From assembly GCA_024278985.1 (NCBI GenBank), contig JAJRSC010000003.1:1-51144 (forward strand): 51,144 bases of DNA, written 5' to 3'. The DNA is from an archaeon. GTDB lineage: Archaea > AGJL01 > Methanococci > Methanococcales > Methanocaldococcaceae. Shown in pieces: positions 19,571 through 29,455 of this stretch (position 1 is its first letter; each line of letters opens with the position of its first letter). A program made the translations under genes and the position numbers. The notes below the pieces were generated by a model. It saw nothing but the letters and a program-made list of their open reading frames with translations. It ran no database searches and was not told the DNA's origin.

Positions 19571-21676
19571 TTATAAAATAGCATAAAAGCCAGGTCTTGG
19601 GTTGTAAACTTCTCCAGCTTTAATAAGATATTCTAAAGCTTTTTTAACATCTACCTCAGATAAACCATATTCAGATGCTTTTTCATATATCTCTTCTTCT
19701 GGGGCTATTTTATCATCTCTTAAGTTTATTAGCTCTTTAATAATTCCTAAAACAGTATCCATTTTATCTCTTCTTGACTTAGGTGTTCCTGCTATCTTAT
19801 CTAAATCAATAGTTCCAGTTTCAGGGTCATAGGCAATCTCTTTTAAACAATAATCCATAATATTTATGGCCTCTTTAACATCTTCCTCTTCAACTCTATC
19901 TGATAATCTTGCCTTAGCATGCATTTCTGCTAATCTAACAATTGCCTCCAATTGTCTTGCAGTTATTGGGATAGGATTATCTCCTTCCCCTAATTTTCTC
20001 ATCTCTAAATAATATTTTTTAGCTAATTTTTTAGCTTTATCTGTTAAATATGGCATTATTAGTTTTTTCTCATCAAACTCTCCTAAATAAATTAATTGAT
20101 TTTCTTCAATATATGCACAACTTCTTGCAAATATTATATAGTATTTTAAAAGTTTTTCATCTACTAATATTCCATCTATCTCTATCTCTCCCAATATTGA
20201 ATACTCTTTTTTAGCTGTTTCAATATGTGTTTGTAAGATATGCTCAGCTATTTTATCATCAATATTTTTATCAGGGATATCTTTAAGTGGAAAAATTAAA
20301 TCAAATCTACTAAGTAAAGGGGCAGGGATATCAATCTGTTCAATGACTGTTAAATTTCTGTCAAATCTTCCTCTCTTTGGATTACATGCTGCTAAAACTG
20401 CACATCTTGCAGGAAGTTTAACATTTAATCCTCCTTTACTTATATGTATTGTTTGGCTTTCCATAGCCTCTAAAATATATCTCATTACATCTTTATTAAC
20501 TGTTAGCTCATCAATACATGCAGTTCCTTCATTTGCCTTTACAAAAACTCCTGGCTTAACTACCCACCCATCTCCTATTTCTGTGGATTCCCTTGTAACT
20601 ATTGCTGTTAATCCACCTCCTGTAGCAGTAGTTACAGATGCATAAGCATTTTGTGGGAATAGTCTTGCAATTCTTTTTAACATGGTTGTCTTTCCAATTC
20701 CTGGGTCAGTTATTAGAAGAATATGGCTGTCTCTTCTTAGGGGGGTACCATCAGGTAGAAATTTAAAAGCCCCTTTAATTTGTTGAAGAAAAATAGCTTT
20801 CTTAACTAATTCATATCCTTTAATTTGAGATATTAAATAGTTAGATAAAATATCAATAATTCCCTTTTTTTTGCCTAATTCATATAAAATCTCTATAATA
20901 TCATCATTATTTAATATATCTCTAACCTCAATTTTTTGAAAACTTTCAGAGATTTTGATATAATTACTTCTAATAAAAATTTCATAAACAGGGGCTTTTG
21001 ATTTTGTTTTTTTCTTTAAAACAGTTCCAACTACATCAACTCTCCCAGAATATATTCCTTTACTATTCTCTAAAAACACCTTAATACTTCTTGGTGGGTC
21101 ATCTGGATTTTTCATTAAGTCAATTGGTTGTTGAATTTCAAGCTCCTGTATATTTATATATGTTGAAGAATTTTCTAATAAATTCATTTTTTCATTACAT
21201 TCTTTACATCTTTCTTCAATTGGTTCAAAATAGTTATGAATAGGTTTTTCAATTGTAGAGCCACATTTTGGACAGACAAAATAAGCCCTTTTTAATAGAG
21301 CACAAACCTTTCCAGCTTTAATTATATTTCCTTCAAAAGTTATAAGTTTATTAATATCTTCAGCAGAAATATTTTCAATAAGCTTATAACAACCAATAGG
21401 ATTTTTAAATGCTATTTGAACCTTACTTAAATCATCATCTTCTCCAAACAACTCAATATATGTCTCTCTAAAAATATGTAATATTATATCCTCAACAAAT
21501 TTAGGATATTTTAATATATAGTCATTTAAATCTCCTGCATCTGGAAATAACTCTAAGAATTTTTTTATGTCAAATACAAAAATATTATCAAGCTTAGGAT
21601 TTTCTGATAACTCTGCTTTTATAAAGTATTTTATTTTATCTTCAAACAATTCTCTAAATTCTTCTTCTGTAATCAT
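19571..21676 (-). CDS. mcm: MCM helicase (Methanococcales paralogue, McmD-like AAA+ domain)
   Basis: C4 zinc finger, TDPGIGKT Walker A, CIDE Walker B, LLSRFD arginine finger, ITARQLE sensor 2, C-terminal winged helix. Confidence 0.95.
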   Translation of the reverse strand: MITEEEFRELFEDKIKYFIKAELSENPKLDNIFVFDIKKFLELFPDAGDLNDYILKYPKFVEDIILHIFRETYIELFGEDDDLSKVQIAFKNPIGCYKLIENISAEDINKLITFEGNIIKAGKVCALLKRAYFVCPKCGSTIEKPIHNYFEPIEERCKECNEKMNLLENSSTYINIQELEIQQPIDLMKNPDDPPRSIKVFLENSKGIYSGRVDVVGTVLKKKTKSKAPVYEIFIRSNYIKISESFQKIEVRDILNNDDIIEILYELGKKKGIIDILSNYLISQIKGYELVKKAIFLQQIKGAFKFLPDGTPLRRDSHILLITDPGIGKTTMLKRIARLFPQNAYASVTTATGGGLTAIVTRESTEIGDGWVVKPGVFVKANEGTACIDELTVNKDVMRYILEAMESQTIHISKGGLNVKLPARCAVLAACNPKRGRFDRNLTVIEQIDIPAPLLSRFDLIFPLKDIPDKNIDDKIAEHILQTHIETAKKEYSILGEIEIDGILVDEKLLKYYIIFARSCAYIEENQLIYLGEFDEKKLIMPYLTDKAKKLAKKYYLEMRKLGEGDNPIPITARQLEAIVRLAEMHAKARLSDRVEEEDVKEAINIMDYCLKEIAYDPETGTIDLDKIAGTPKSRRDKMDTVLGIIKELINLRDDKIAPEEEIYEKASEYGLSEVDVKKALEYLIKAGEVYNPRPGFYAIL

Positions 21677-21762
21677 AATTATAACCTTATGATGATATTT
21701 TTAGTTAAAAATTTATTCAGAAAAAATATAGAATTTAGAATATTAATTTTAAAAAAAGTTAA

Positions 21763-22827
21763 TTAAAATTGAAGGGAAATAATTTTATTATATACTTTTT
21801 CACTTAACCATTCTCTACTTATATATTTATCATAGACAGGTAATCTTAATTTAAGTTTTAAACCTGCTTCCTCTGTCCATCTTTTTAGTTCTTCTATCTC
21901 TGGCCATTCTGCTTCAGGATTTACATAGTCCTTTGTTAATGGAGAAACCCCTCCCCAATCATCTACACCAGCCAATAAAAATAGTTGTCCAGTTTCTCTA
22001 TTTAAATTAGGGGGAATTTGTATTGATATATCTTCTAATATTAATTTTGCCAAAATAATAACTTTAAGCATTTTTAATGGTGAAGGTTCTCTAAAGTTTT
22101 CCATTGGTATTCCTTTTTTAGTTCTAAAATTCTGTATTATCACTTCTTGAATATGACCATACTTTTCATGTATTTTTTTAATTGTAAATAAGGAATCAAC
22201 TATTTCCTCATCAGTCTCTCCAATTCCTATTAATAATCCTGTTGTAAAAGGAATTTTTAACTTTCCAGCATTCTCTATCATTTCAATTCTTAATTTTGGT
22301 AATTTTCCAGGACTATTTTTGTGGGCTATAGTGTTCATCAACCTATCTGAAGCATTTTCAAGCATTAAACCCATTGAGGCATTAACTTCCTTTAACATCT
22401 TTAGCTCTTCATATTCTAAGATTCCACAGTTAGTATGGGGAAGTAAAGAGGTATTACTTAAAACCCAATCTTCCAAATCATAAAGATATTCAATAATGTT
22501 ATTATATCCCATCTTTTTTAGTTCTTCTCTAATTTTTTCATTTTTATCAACTCTTTCTCCAAATGTAAATAATGCTTCTCTACAACCAAATTTTTCTCCT
22601 TTTAAAACAATTTCTTTAACCTCTTCTGGTTTCATTAATTTAGCATTTTCCTCTCTAAATATACAGTATCCACATCTATTTATACACCACTTACATAATG
22701 GAATAAAAACATTTTTGGAATAAGTTATATATTCCCTCTTAAATTTATTATTTATAATATTAATATATTTAATAATATTGTTTATACTATTTTCCTTTAA
22801 AAATTGAATAGCCTCCTCCCTATTCAT
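21763..22827 (-). CDS. cofG: FO synthase subunit CofG (radical SAM, F420 biosynthesis)
   Basis: [11 protein letters not shown], CxxxCxx[25 protein letters not shown] and DWGGVSP motifs. Confidence 0.95.
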   Translation of the reverse strand: MNREEAIQFLKENSINNIIKYINIINNKFKREYITYSKNVFIPLCKWCINRCGYCIFREENAKLMKPEEVKEIVLKGEKFGCREALFTFGERVDKNEKIREELKKMGYNNIIEYLYDLEDWVLSNTSLLPHTNCGILEYEELKMLKEVNASMGLMLENASDRLMNTIAHKNSPGKLPKLRIEMIENAGKLKIPFTTGLLIGIGETDEEIVDSLFTIKKIHEKYGHIQEVIIQNFRTKKGIPMENFREPSPLKMLKVIILAKLILEDISIQIPPNLNRETGQLFLLAGVDDWGGVSPLTKDYVNPEAEWPEIEELKRWTEEAGLKLKLRLPVYDKYISREWLSEKVYNKIISLQF

Positions 22828-23486
22828 AATCCCACAATTCTTTTTATTAACTCTTTTGGATAATCAGCAAGTGTTTTTTTTAACTCATTATTATTTAATC
22901 CTGCTCCCAACCCTACTTTTTTGGCAAATTCTAAATTAATTAAATCACTTGGAGCATGAGCATCAGTATTTATTAAAGTTTTTAAATTATACTCTCTGGC
23001 AATATTAACAACATGACCATTTGTTATATTGTGTCCTCTTCTTGAAGTTATTTCTATGAAGATATCATTTTCTTTTAAATTTTCAGCAGTCTCTTTATCA
23101 ATGAATCCTGGATGAGCTAAGATATCAACATCTTCAGATATTGAAGCATAGTAATTTGTCTTTTCTTCAACAGGTTCAACAACAGTCTCCCCATGAACTA
23201 CAACAATCTCAGCTCCTAAATCCTTTGCTTTTCTTGATAATTTTGGAATGGATCTTGGTGGAATATGAGTAAGTTCAATACCAACAATAACAACAATATC
23301 CCAATATTCTTTTAATTTTTCTCTGGTTATTATTATCTTTTTAATTAACTCCTTATAGTTGCTAAAATCAGCATGGTCAGTTATAGCTACTGCTTTATGA
23401 TTTAAAACTATTGCTCTCCTCACTAATTCAGAAGGTAATAACTCTCCATCACTAAAAATAGTATGGGTATGGAAATCATATCTCAA
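22824..23486 (-). CDS. PHP-domain phosphoesterase (histidinol-phosphatase-like)
   Basis: DFHTHT..SDG, AITDH, VVHGET..EPV and NTDAH motifs; TTG start after GGTGA RBS. Confidence 0.9.
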   Translation of the reverse strand: MRYDFHTHTIFSDGELLPSELVRRAIVLNHKAVAITDHADFSNYKELIKKIIITREKLKEYWDIVVIVGIELTHIPPRSIPKLSRKAKDLGAEIVVVHGETVVEPVEEKTNYYASISEDVDILAHPGFIDKETAENLKENDIFIEITSRRGHNITNGHVVNIAREYNLKTLINTDAHAPSDLINLEFAKKVGLGAGLNNNELKKTLADYPKELIKRIVGL

Positions 23487-23547
23487 AAAATCACCTTTAT
23501 ATATAATTAAATATATGAATATAAATAATAATAAAAAATAAAAATAG

Positions 23548-23632
23548 TGCAGGGGCGGGGATTTGAACCCCGGAACCCCTTCGGGACCGGATCTTAAGTC
23601 CGGCGCCTTTGGCCAGGCTTGGCGACCCCTGC
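23548..23632 (-). tRNA. tRNA-Leu (anticodon TAA), intronless, CCA not fully encoded
   Basis: Minus strand GCAGGGG...CCCCTGC-A acceptor stem, anticodon arm CCGGA-CTTAAGA-TCCGG, long variable arm CCC-GAAG-GGG, T loop GTTCAAATC. Confidence 0.97.
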
Positions 23633-23666
23633 ATGTAATCGGTGATAAAATTAAATAACATTTATC

Positions 23667-23682
23667 ATATATATACTTTTCG
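23667..23682 (-). promoter_or_regulatory. BRE-TATA promoter of tRNA-Leu
   Basis: Minus strand CGAAAAGTATATATAT about 35 bp upstream of the mature 5' end. Confidence 0.7.
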
Positions 23683-23755
23683 GTTTTAATTTGATTCGTA
23701 TATTTAAAAAATATTAAACAAAATTAAAAAGATTTAAATTATATTAGGACTAAAA

Positions 23756-24247
23756 ATGAAGAGGGCTACACTAATTTTATATAACTCTTATGATAAAAAG
23801 AGGTGGCATGAAGCTCATAAAAGAGCTATAGCAAGAGCAGCACCTGTTTGTTATGCATATGATTTTAATTTAGCTATAATGGATTTTCCAGTTAAAGATA
23901 TCAATGATATAAACATAAAAACAACAATTGGAGAAGAAGGAAAATATTTAGAGTATTTAATAGAAAAAAATAGATTTTTTATTGTTGATAAATTTCTACC
24001 TCAGTTTGGAATTCCAATAGCAACAACATCAAAGCCAGAAAAAGTAATATCCCCCAAGGAGGTTGTAAAACTTTTAAATAAAAAACCTGTTGGTCTATTT
24101 GTTGGATTAGGAAGGCATGGATTACCAAAGGAGATTCTAAATTTTTGTAAGTTTCATCTTGATATTACTGAGAAAAGAGTATCTTTAGAGACCTGTACAG
24201 CCATTGGAATTATACCATCAACAATTTATTGGCTAAGTAAAAGATAA
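23756..24247 (+). CDS. DUF531-like predicted SPOUT methyltransferase
   Basis: LYNSYD, H.RAIARAAP, GLG.HGLP and SLETCTAIG (SPOUT knot-like C-terminus). Confidence 0.7.
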   Translation: MKRATLILYNSYDKKRWHEAHKRAIARAAPVCYAYDFNLAIMDFPVKDINDINIKTTIGEEGKYLEYLIEKNRFFIVDKFLPQFGIPIATTSKPEKVISPKEVVKLLNKKPVGLFVGLGRHGLPKEILNFCKFHLDITEKRVSLETCTAIGIIPSTIYWLSKR

Positions 24248-24304
24248 ATTATTTATACTCTTTAAAGGCATTTTTAATTAATTGCTTATAAATAAGGTGG
24301 AAAA

Positions 24305-24613
24305 ATGAGTATATTAGAGGCTGTTAAAGAGGTTAGATTAGCCGAAGAACAGGCTATAAATAAAATTGAAGAGGCCAAAAAAAAAGCTGAAGAAATAAAA
24401 CAGGAAGCTGTTGAATTAGCAAAAAAAATTATTAAAGAAAAAGAGGAAAAAGCTAAAAAGAAAGTTGAAGAGATGATAAAAGTAAAAGAAGAAGAAGCCA
24501 AGAAAAAAGCTGAAGAAATAATTTATGAGGTTGAAGATGAAATAAAAGAAATTATGTCTATAGCCAAAATTAAAATACTATCCCTAAAGTTAGAGGAAGT
24601 ATTAGAAATTTAA
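24305..24613 (+). CDS. atpH: A1Ao ATP synthase subunit H
   Basis: E/K/A-rich coiled coil, first gene of the ATP synthase operon. Confidence 0.88.
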   Translation: MSILEAVKEVRLAEEQAINKIEEAKKKAEEIKQEAVELAKKIIKEKEEKAKKKVEEMIKVKEEEAKKKAEEIIYEVEDEIKEIMSIAKIKILSLKLEEVLEI

Positions 24614-24625
24614 TAGGTGATTTTT

Positions 24626-26662
24626 GTGAGACCAGTAAGAATGAAGAAAGTTAAAGCGGTGATATTTGATGAATATATCGATGATGTTATAAGAGAATTA
24701 CATGAAACTGGATTAGTAGAGATATATGATTTATCTGAAAGATTAGAAGATTATGAATGGAACTCTATCTTAGAGCCATCATCTTCAGCACCATATATAA
24801 GAGATGTTACTGGTTTATTGATAAAGGTAAGTAAAATTTTAGATTTATTTGAGAGTGTAAATCCTAAAAGTTCATCAATCTCAGATTTTTTAAATCCTAA
24901 ACCAATAGAAAAAAAGAGAGTCCCTAATTCTCATAATGATGTTATGAATTATGTTAAAAATATTGTTAGTCAAGTTGATAAAGATGTTGAAACTCTTGCT
25001 GAAAAGTTAAATACCCTTGAATCTGAAAAATCAAAAATTTCCCAAACAATTGAACAATTAAAATATATATATAATTTAGATATAGATCTTAAATATGTAG
25101 GGGATGGAAAATTTGTTAGTGTTTATGTTGGTTTAATTCCAGAAGAGAAAATCAATAAACTAAAAAATGAGTTAGAAAATGAAACAAATGGATATTCTGA
25201 TGTTTTAATAGGACAGAAAAATGATGTTAATGATGATAAAGTTCCTTCTGTTGTTATAATATTAAATGAATACTTAGAAAAAGCCCTTTCAATACTAAGA
25301 AAAAATGATTTTGAAAAATTAAATGTTGGAGATATAGAGGGATTACCAAAAGAGGCAATACAAAAATTAGAAAGTAAGTTAAAAGAAATTGAAAAGGAAA
25401 TTGAAAGTATAAAAGAAAAATTAAAAACTTTAGCAGAAAAATGGTATAATGAGTTATTAGTCATTTATGAACTTTTAAACATTGAAAAAGAGAGAGCTGA
25501 AGTATATACAAAGTTTGGTAAGACAGAGAGGACTTATTATATTGAATTATGGACTCCAAAGTTTAATGTAGATAAAGTCAAAAAAATAATTGAAGAAAAA
25601 TCTAATGGATACTGTGAAATTGAAGTTTCTGAACCAGATGAGCCAGAAGAAAAGATTCCTGTATTGTTAAATAATCCTAAACCTGTCAAGCCATTTGAAA
25701 TGCTTACAGAGATGTATGCATTACCTAAGTATAATGAAATAGACCCAACTATTCTAATAGTCCCAGGATTTTTATTATTTTATGGAATTATGCTAACTGA
25801 TGCTGTTTATGGATTAGCTTTAACATTGGCTGGTTTATGGATGTGGAAAAAAATAGGACAAGTAAGTGAAGGAGCTAAAAAATTAGGATATATTTTAACA
25901 TTAGCAGGAATCTCAACAGTTGTTATGGGTATTATAACAGGTGGTTACTTAGGAGACTTCTTAAAACAATTCCTTGGAATTGATATATATAAAATGGGAT
26001 TGGCATTAGTTAATCCACTTGGAGAAAGTTTATTTATAAAAAATGGTCCAATAGCAATATTAGGATTTGCCATAGCAGTTGGTTTAATCCATTTATTAGT
26101 TGGTTTGGTTGTTGGTTTCTGTGAGAATATCAAAAGAGGTTTAGTTGAAGATGCTATAATAAACCAAGGAATTTGGATATTTGTTATATTAGCAGTAATA
26201 TTATTAGTTTTAATAAAGGTTTTAGCTCCTGGAAGTTTAATGATAGGATTAGGAATCTTATTAATATCCATAGCAGTAGCAATATTGGCAAGTATGTATA
26301 AAGGTTATAAAGAAAATGGTATTATGGGAGCACTTTTAGGAGGTTTAGATATAACTGGATTCTTAGGAAATGTGTTATCTTACGCAAGATTGTTAGCTCT
26401 CTGTTTAGCTACTGGAGGTTTAGCAATGGCCGTAAATATTATGGCCAAACTTGTTAATGAATCTGTCCCAGTCGTTGGGATAATTTTAGCGATAGTTATA
26501 TTAATAGGAGGGCATATTTTCAACTTTGTAATGAACGGTTTAGGTGCTTTTATACACTCCTTAAGATTACATTATGTTGAATTCTTCAGTCAGTTTTATG
26601 AAGGTGGAGGTAAGAAATTTATCCCATTTAAATCAAATAGAGAATACACAACAACAAATTAA
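24626..26662 (+). CDS. atpI: A1Ao ATP synthase subunit I (a)
   Basis: P.Y.EIDPT, LSYARLLAL and LRLHYVEFF motifs; GTG at 24626 after GGTGA RBS. Confidence 0.96.
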   Translation: MRPVRMKKVKAVIFDEYIDDVIRELHETGLVEIYDLSERLEDYEWNSILEPSSSAPYIRDVTGLLIKVSKILDLFESVNPKSSSISDFLNPKPIEKKRVPNSHNDVMNYVKNIVSQVDKDVETLAEKLNTLESEKSKISQTIEQLKYIYNLDIDLKYVGDGKFVSVYVGLIPEEKINKLKNELENETNGYSDVLIGQKNDVNDDKVPSVVIILNEYLEKALSILRKNDFEKLNVGDIEGLPKEAIQKLESKLKEIEKEIESIKEKLKTLAEKWYNELLVIYELLNIEKERAEVYTKFGKTERTYYIELWTPKFNVDKVKKIIEEKSNGYCEIEVSEPDEPEEKIPVLLNNPKPVKPFEMLTEMYALPKYNEIDPTILIVPGFLLFYGIMLTDAVYGLALTLAGLWMWKKIGQVSEGAKKLGYILTLAGISTVVMGIITGGYLGDFLKQFLGIDIYKMGLALVNPLGESLFIKNGPIAILGFAIAVGLIHLLVGLVVGFCENIKRGLVEDAIINQGIWIFVILAVILLVLIKVLAPGSLMIGLGILLISIAVAILASMYKGYKENGIMGALLGGLDITGFLGNVLSYARLLALCLATGGLAMAVNIMAKLVNESVPVVGIILAIVILIGGHIFNFVMNGLGAFIHSLRLHYVEFFSQFYEGGGKKFIPFKSNREYTTTN

Positions 26663-26677
26663 AAGAGGTGGTTTTTT

Positions 26678-27331
26678 ATGGATCCTATATTAATTGGTGC
26701 AATTGGTGCAGGTTTAGCAGTTGGTATTGCAGGTTTAGGTTCTGGAATTGGTGCAGGAATTACTGGAGCAAGTGGTGCAGGAGTTGTTGCAGAAGACCCT
26801 AACAAGTTTGGGACAGCAATAGTTTTCCAAGCTCTTCCTCAGACACAAGGATTATATGGTTTTTTAGTGGCTATCTTAATATTATTTGTCTTTAAAACAG
26901 CTCCAGCATGGGCAATGTTTGCTGCTGGATTAGCTACTGGATTAGCAGGTTTATCTGCTATTGGTCAAGGAATTGCTTCTTCAGCAGGTTTAGGTGCAGT
27001 TGCTGAAAATAGTGAAATGTTTGGTAAAGCTATGGTTTTCTCTGTCCTTCCAGAAACTCAGGCAATTTATGGGTTGTTAATTGCTATCTTATTATTGGTA
27101 GGTGTTTTCTCTGGAGCAGGGGCTACAAGTATTGCAGCATTAGGTGCAGGGTTTGCAGTAGGGTTTGCTGGATTATCAGGGATTGGTCAAGGTATTACAG
27201 CAGCAGGAGCTATTGGAGCAACAGCAAGAGACCCAGATGCTATGGGTAAAGGTTTAGTTTTAGCAGTTATGCCAGAAACATTTGCTATATTTGGTTTGTT
27301 AATTGCTATCTTAATTATGATTATACTCTAA
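26678..27331 (+). CDS. atpK: A1Ao ATP synthase proteolipid K (c), triplicated
   Basis: Three hairpin repeats ending PQTQ, PETQ and PETF. Confidence 0.96.
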   Translation: MDPILIGAIGAGLAVGIAGLGSGIGAGITGASGAGVVAEDPNKFGTAIVFQALPQTQGLYGFLVAILILFVFKTAPAWAMFAAGLATGLAGLSAIGQGIASSAGLGAVAENSEMFGKAMVFSVLPETQAIYGLLIAILLLVGVFSGAGATSIAALGAGFAVGFAGLSGIGQGITAAGAIGATARDPDAMGKGLVLAVMPETFAIFGLLIAILIMIIL

Positions 27332-27362
27332 ACCTAATAAATTTTTTATTGAGGAGATACAA

Positions 27363-27959
27363 ATGGGAGTTGACAAAATAAAAAATAAGATTTTAGAAGA
27401 TGCTGATATACAGGTAAAGAAAATTTTAGAGGAAGCAGAAAAGGAGAAAGAAGAAATATTAAAAAAAGCTGAAGAGGAGGCAAATAAAAGATATGAAGAA
27501 ATAATTAAAAGAGGAGAAAAAGAGGCGGAGATGGTTTATAATAGAATTATAGCTGAGGCAAAACTTGAAGCAAAGAAAAAACTTTTAAAAGCAAAGGAGA
27601 AAATAATTGAAAAGGCTATTCAAAAAATTAAAGAAGATTTATTTAAGCTACCTGAAAAACCAGAATATAGAGATAAGTTATATAAATTAACTGTTGAGGC
27701 TATAGAATTATTAGGTGAGGAGGATAGTTATATAGCAAAAATTAATAAAAGAGATATTAATCTATTAAAAGAAATTCAGAATGAACTAAAATATGATTTT
27801 GGTAAAAACATAACATTAAAAGTTGAAACAGTTGATATAATTGGAGGTATAATTTTACAAACAATTGATAAAACTAAAGAGGTAGATAATAGTTTAGAGG
27901 CTATATTTGAAAGAAAACTTCCAGAAATAAGAATTAAGTTATCAGAGAAGTTATTTTAA
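27363..27959 (+). CDS. atpE: A1Ao ATP synthase subunit E
   Basis: MGVDKI..KI, coiled coil, IIGG...VDNS; operon position. Confidence 0.95.
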   Translation: MGVDKIKNKILEDADIQVKKILEEAEKEKEEILKKAEEEANKRYEEIIKRGEKEAEMVYNRIIAEAKLEAKKKLLKAKEKIIEKAIQKIKEDLFKLPEKPEYRDKLYKLTVEAIELLGEEDSYIAKINKRDINLLKEIQNELKYDFGKNITLKVETVDIIGGIILQTIDKTKEVDNSLEAIFERKLPEIRIKLSEKLF

Positions 27960-27973
27960 TATAGGTGAGTAAA

Positions 27974-29146
27974 ATGGGGGTGGAAACACTATTAAACTTA
28001 GATATATTTTTTAAGACGCTAATGGATGTTATAAATAATCCCTTTATCATGCTTTTATCACTTATTACAGTTATTATTGTTTTAGTTATTATCGTTTGGA
28101 TTACAAAGATGATTATTGACTTGGCTCCATATGCATATGTAAATGCAAGGATTAGAGCAAGAGAAGGGAGATTATTAGATAATAATAAATTTAATGAATT
28201 ATTAGAGGCAGGTAGTTTTGAGGAGATGTTAGGATTACTTTCAGATACAGACTATTATAAATATATAGAGAGTTCTGAAAAGAATCCTTTAATGGTTGAG
28301 AAAGCTTTAGATACATATTTAGCAGACATGTATCAATTTATCTATAATATTTCCCCAGATTCTGCAAAGAAAGTTTTAAAAGTATTCACTATGAAGTATG
28401 ACATAAAAAATATAAAATCACTTTTAAGGGCTAAATATTATGGACTATCTCCTGAAAAGACAATTGAATTATTAATTCCAATTGGTAATTTATCTAACAA
28501 ATTGAAAGATTTAGCAGAATATAAAACTGTTGAAGAAGTTATTAGAGGTTTAGAAGGGACAGAATATTTTAAAATTTTACAGGAAGAACTTTCTAATTAT
28601 GAACAAACAAAAAATTTAATGTGGTTAGAGTTAGCTTTAGATAAATATTATTTAAATTCTCTTAAAAAAGAGATTATAATAGAAGGAAAAGAAGAAGATA
28701 TATTTAGAGAGTTTATTGGGACAATAATAGATATTGAGAACCTTAAAGTATTATTAAAAGCAAAAGCAGATAATATTTCAGGGGATGAATTAACAAGATT
28801 TTTAACACCTGGGTATGAATTAGCTGATTGGAAACTTAAAGAACTTGCAGGAGCTTCTGGAATTGAAGGAGTTTTAAGTGGGTTAGAAGGAACAAGTTAT
28901 TCAACTATTTTATCTGATGCTATGGAAGAATATGAAAAAACTAAATCTATTTATGTATTTGAAAAAGTATTAGACAAATTTATTATAAATAAAGGTAAGG
29001 CATTGTCTTTAAGAAAACCATTTGGAATAGGTCCAATATTAAGCTTAATAGTATCAAAAGAGGAAGAAGTCAGAAAATTAAAGACAATTATAAAAGGTAA
29101 ATTAGAGAATTTAAAAGTTGATGAGTTAAAAAGTTTGGTGAGTTAG
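27974..29146 (+). CDS. atpC: A1Ao ATP synthase subunit C
   Basis: YAYVNARIRA, YDIKNIK and D.EN motifs; operon position; ATG at 27974 after GGTGAG. Confidence 0.94.
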   Translation: MGVETLLNLDIFFKTLMDVINNPFIMLLSLITVIIVLVIIVWITKMIIDLAPYAYVNARIRAREGRLLDNNKFNELLEAGSFEEMLGLLSDTDYYKYIESSEKNPLMVEKALDTYLADMYQFIYNISPDSAKKVLKVFTMKYDIKNIKSLLRAKYYGLSPEKTIELLIPIGNLSNKLKDLAEYKTVEEVIRGLEGTEYFKILQEELSNYEQTKNLMWLELALDKYYLNSLKKEIIIEGKEEDIFREFIGTIIDIENLKVLLKAKADNISGDELTRFLTPGYELADWKLKELAGASGIEGVLSGLEGTSYSTILSDAMEEYEKTKSIYVFEKVLDKFIINKGKALSLRKPFGIGPILSLIVSKEEEVRKLKTIIKGKLENLKVDELKSLVS

Positions 29147-29440
29147 ATGAAAATAGGAGTTATTGGAGATTATGATACAGCCATAGGGTTTAGATTGGCA
29201 GGATTAACTGATGTTTATGAAGCTAATAATGAAGAAGAAATTTTAAAAGCATTAGATGAGTTAAATAGAGATGATATTGCTTTTGTTATTATAACTGAAA
29301 GATTGGCTGAAATGGCCAAAGAAGCTTTAAAAAAATATCCAAAAGTTGTTATACATATTCCAGATAAAAATGGAAAACTCTTAAAAGAAGACCCTATAAA
29401 AGAACTTATAAAAAAAGCTGTTGGAGTTTCAATTAAATAA
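29147..29440 (+). CDS. atpF: A1Ao ATP synthase subunit F
   Basis: IGD.DT..GFRLAG, IPD and KAVGV motifs. Confidence 0.96.
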   Translation: MKIGVIGDYDTAIGFRLAGLTDVYEANNEEEILKALDELNRDDIAFVIITERLAEMAKEALKKYPKVVIHIPDKNGKLLKEDPIKELIKKAVGVSIK

Positions 29441-29455
29441 AAAAGGTGATTTGTT

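Noticed and set aside
23548-23632. tRNA 'TAA' as an ochre suppressor explaining the in-frame TAA codons
   Set aside because: Anticodon UAA reads UUA (Leu); an ochre suppressor needs anticodon UUA. TAA also ends most genes in this window
19571-23632. Integrated element carrying MCM at tRNA-Leu
   Set aside because: No integrase, no duplicated tRNA 3' end seen, and the neighbours (cofG, PHP, LysR) are core genes
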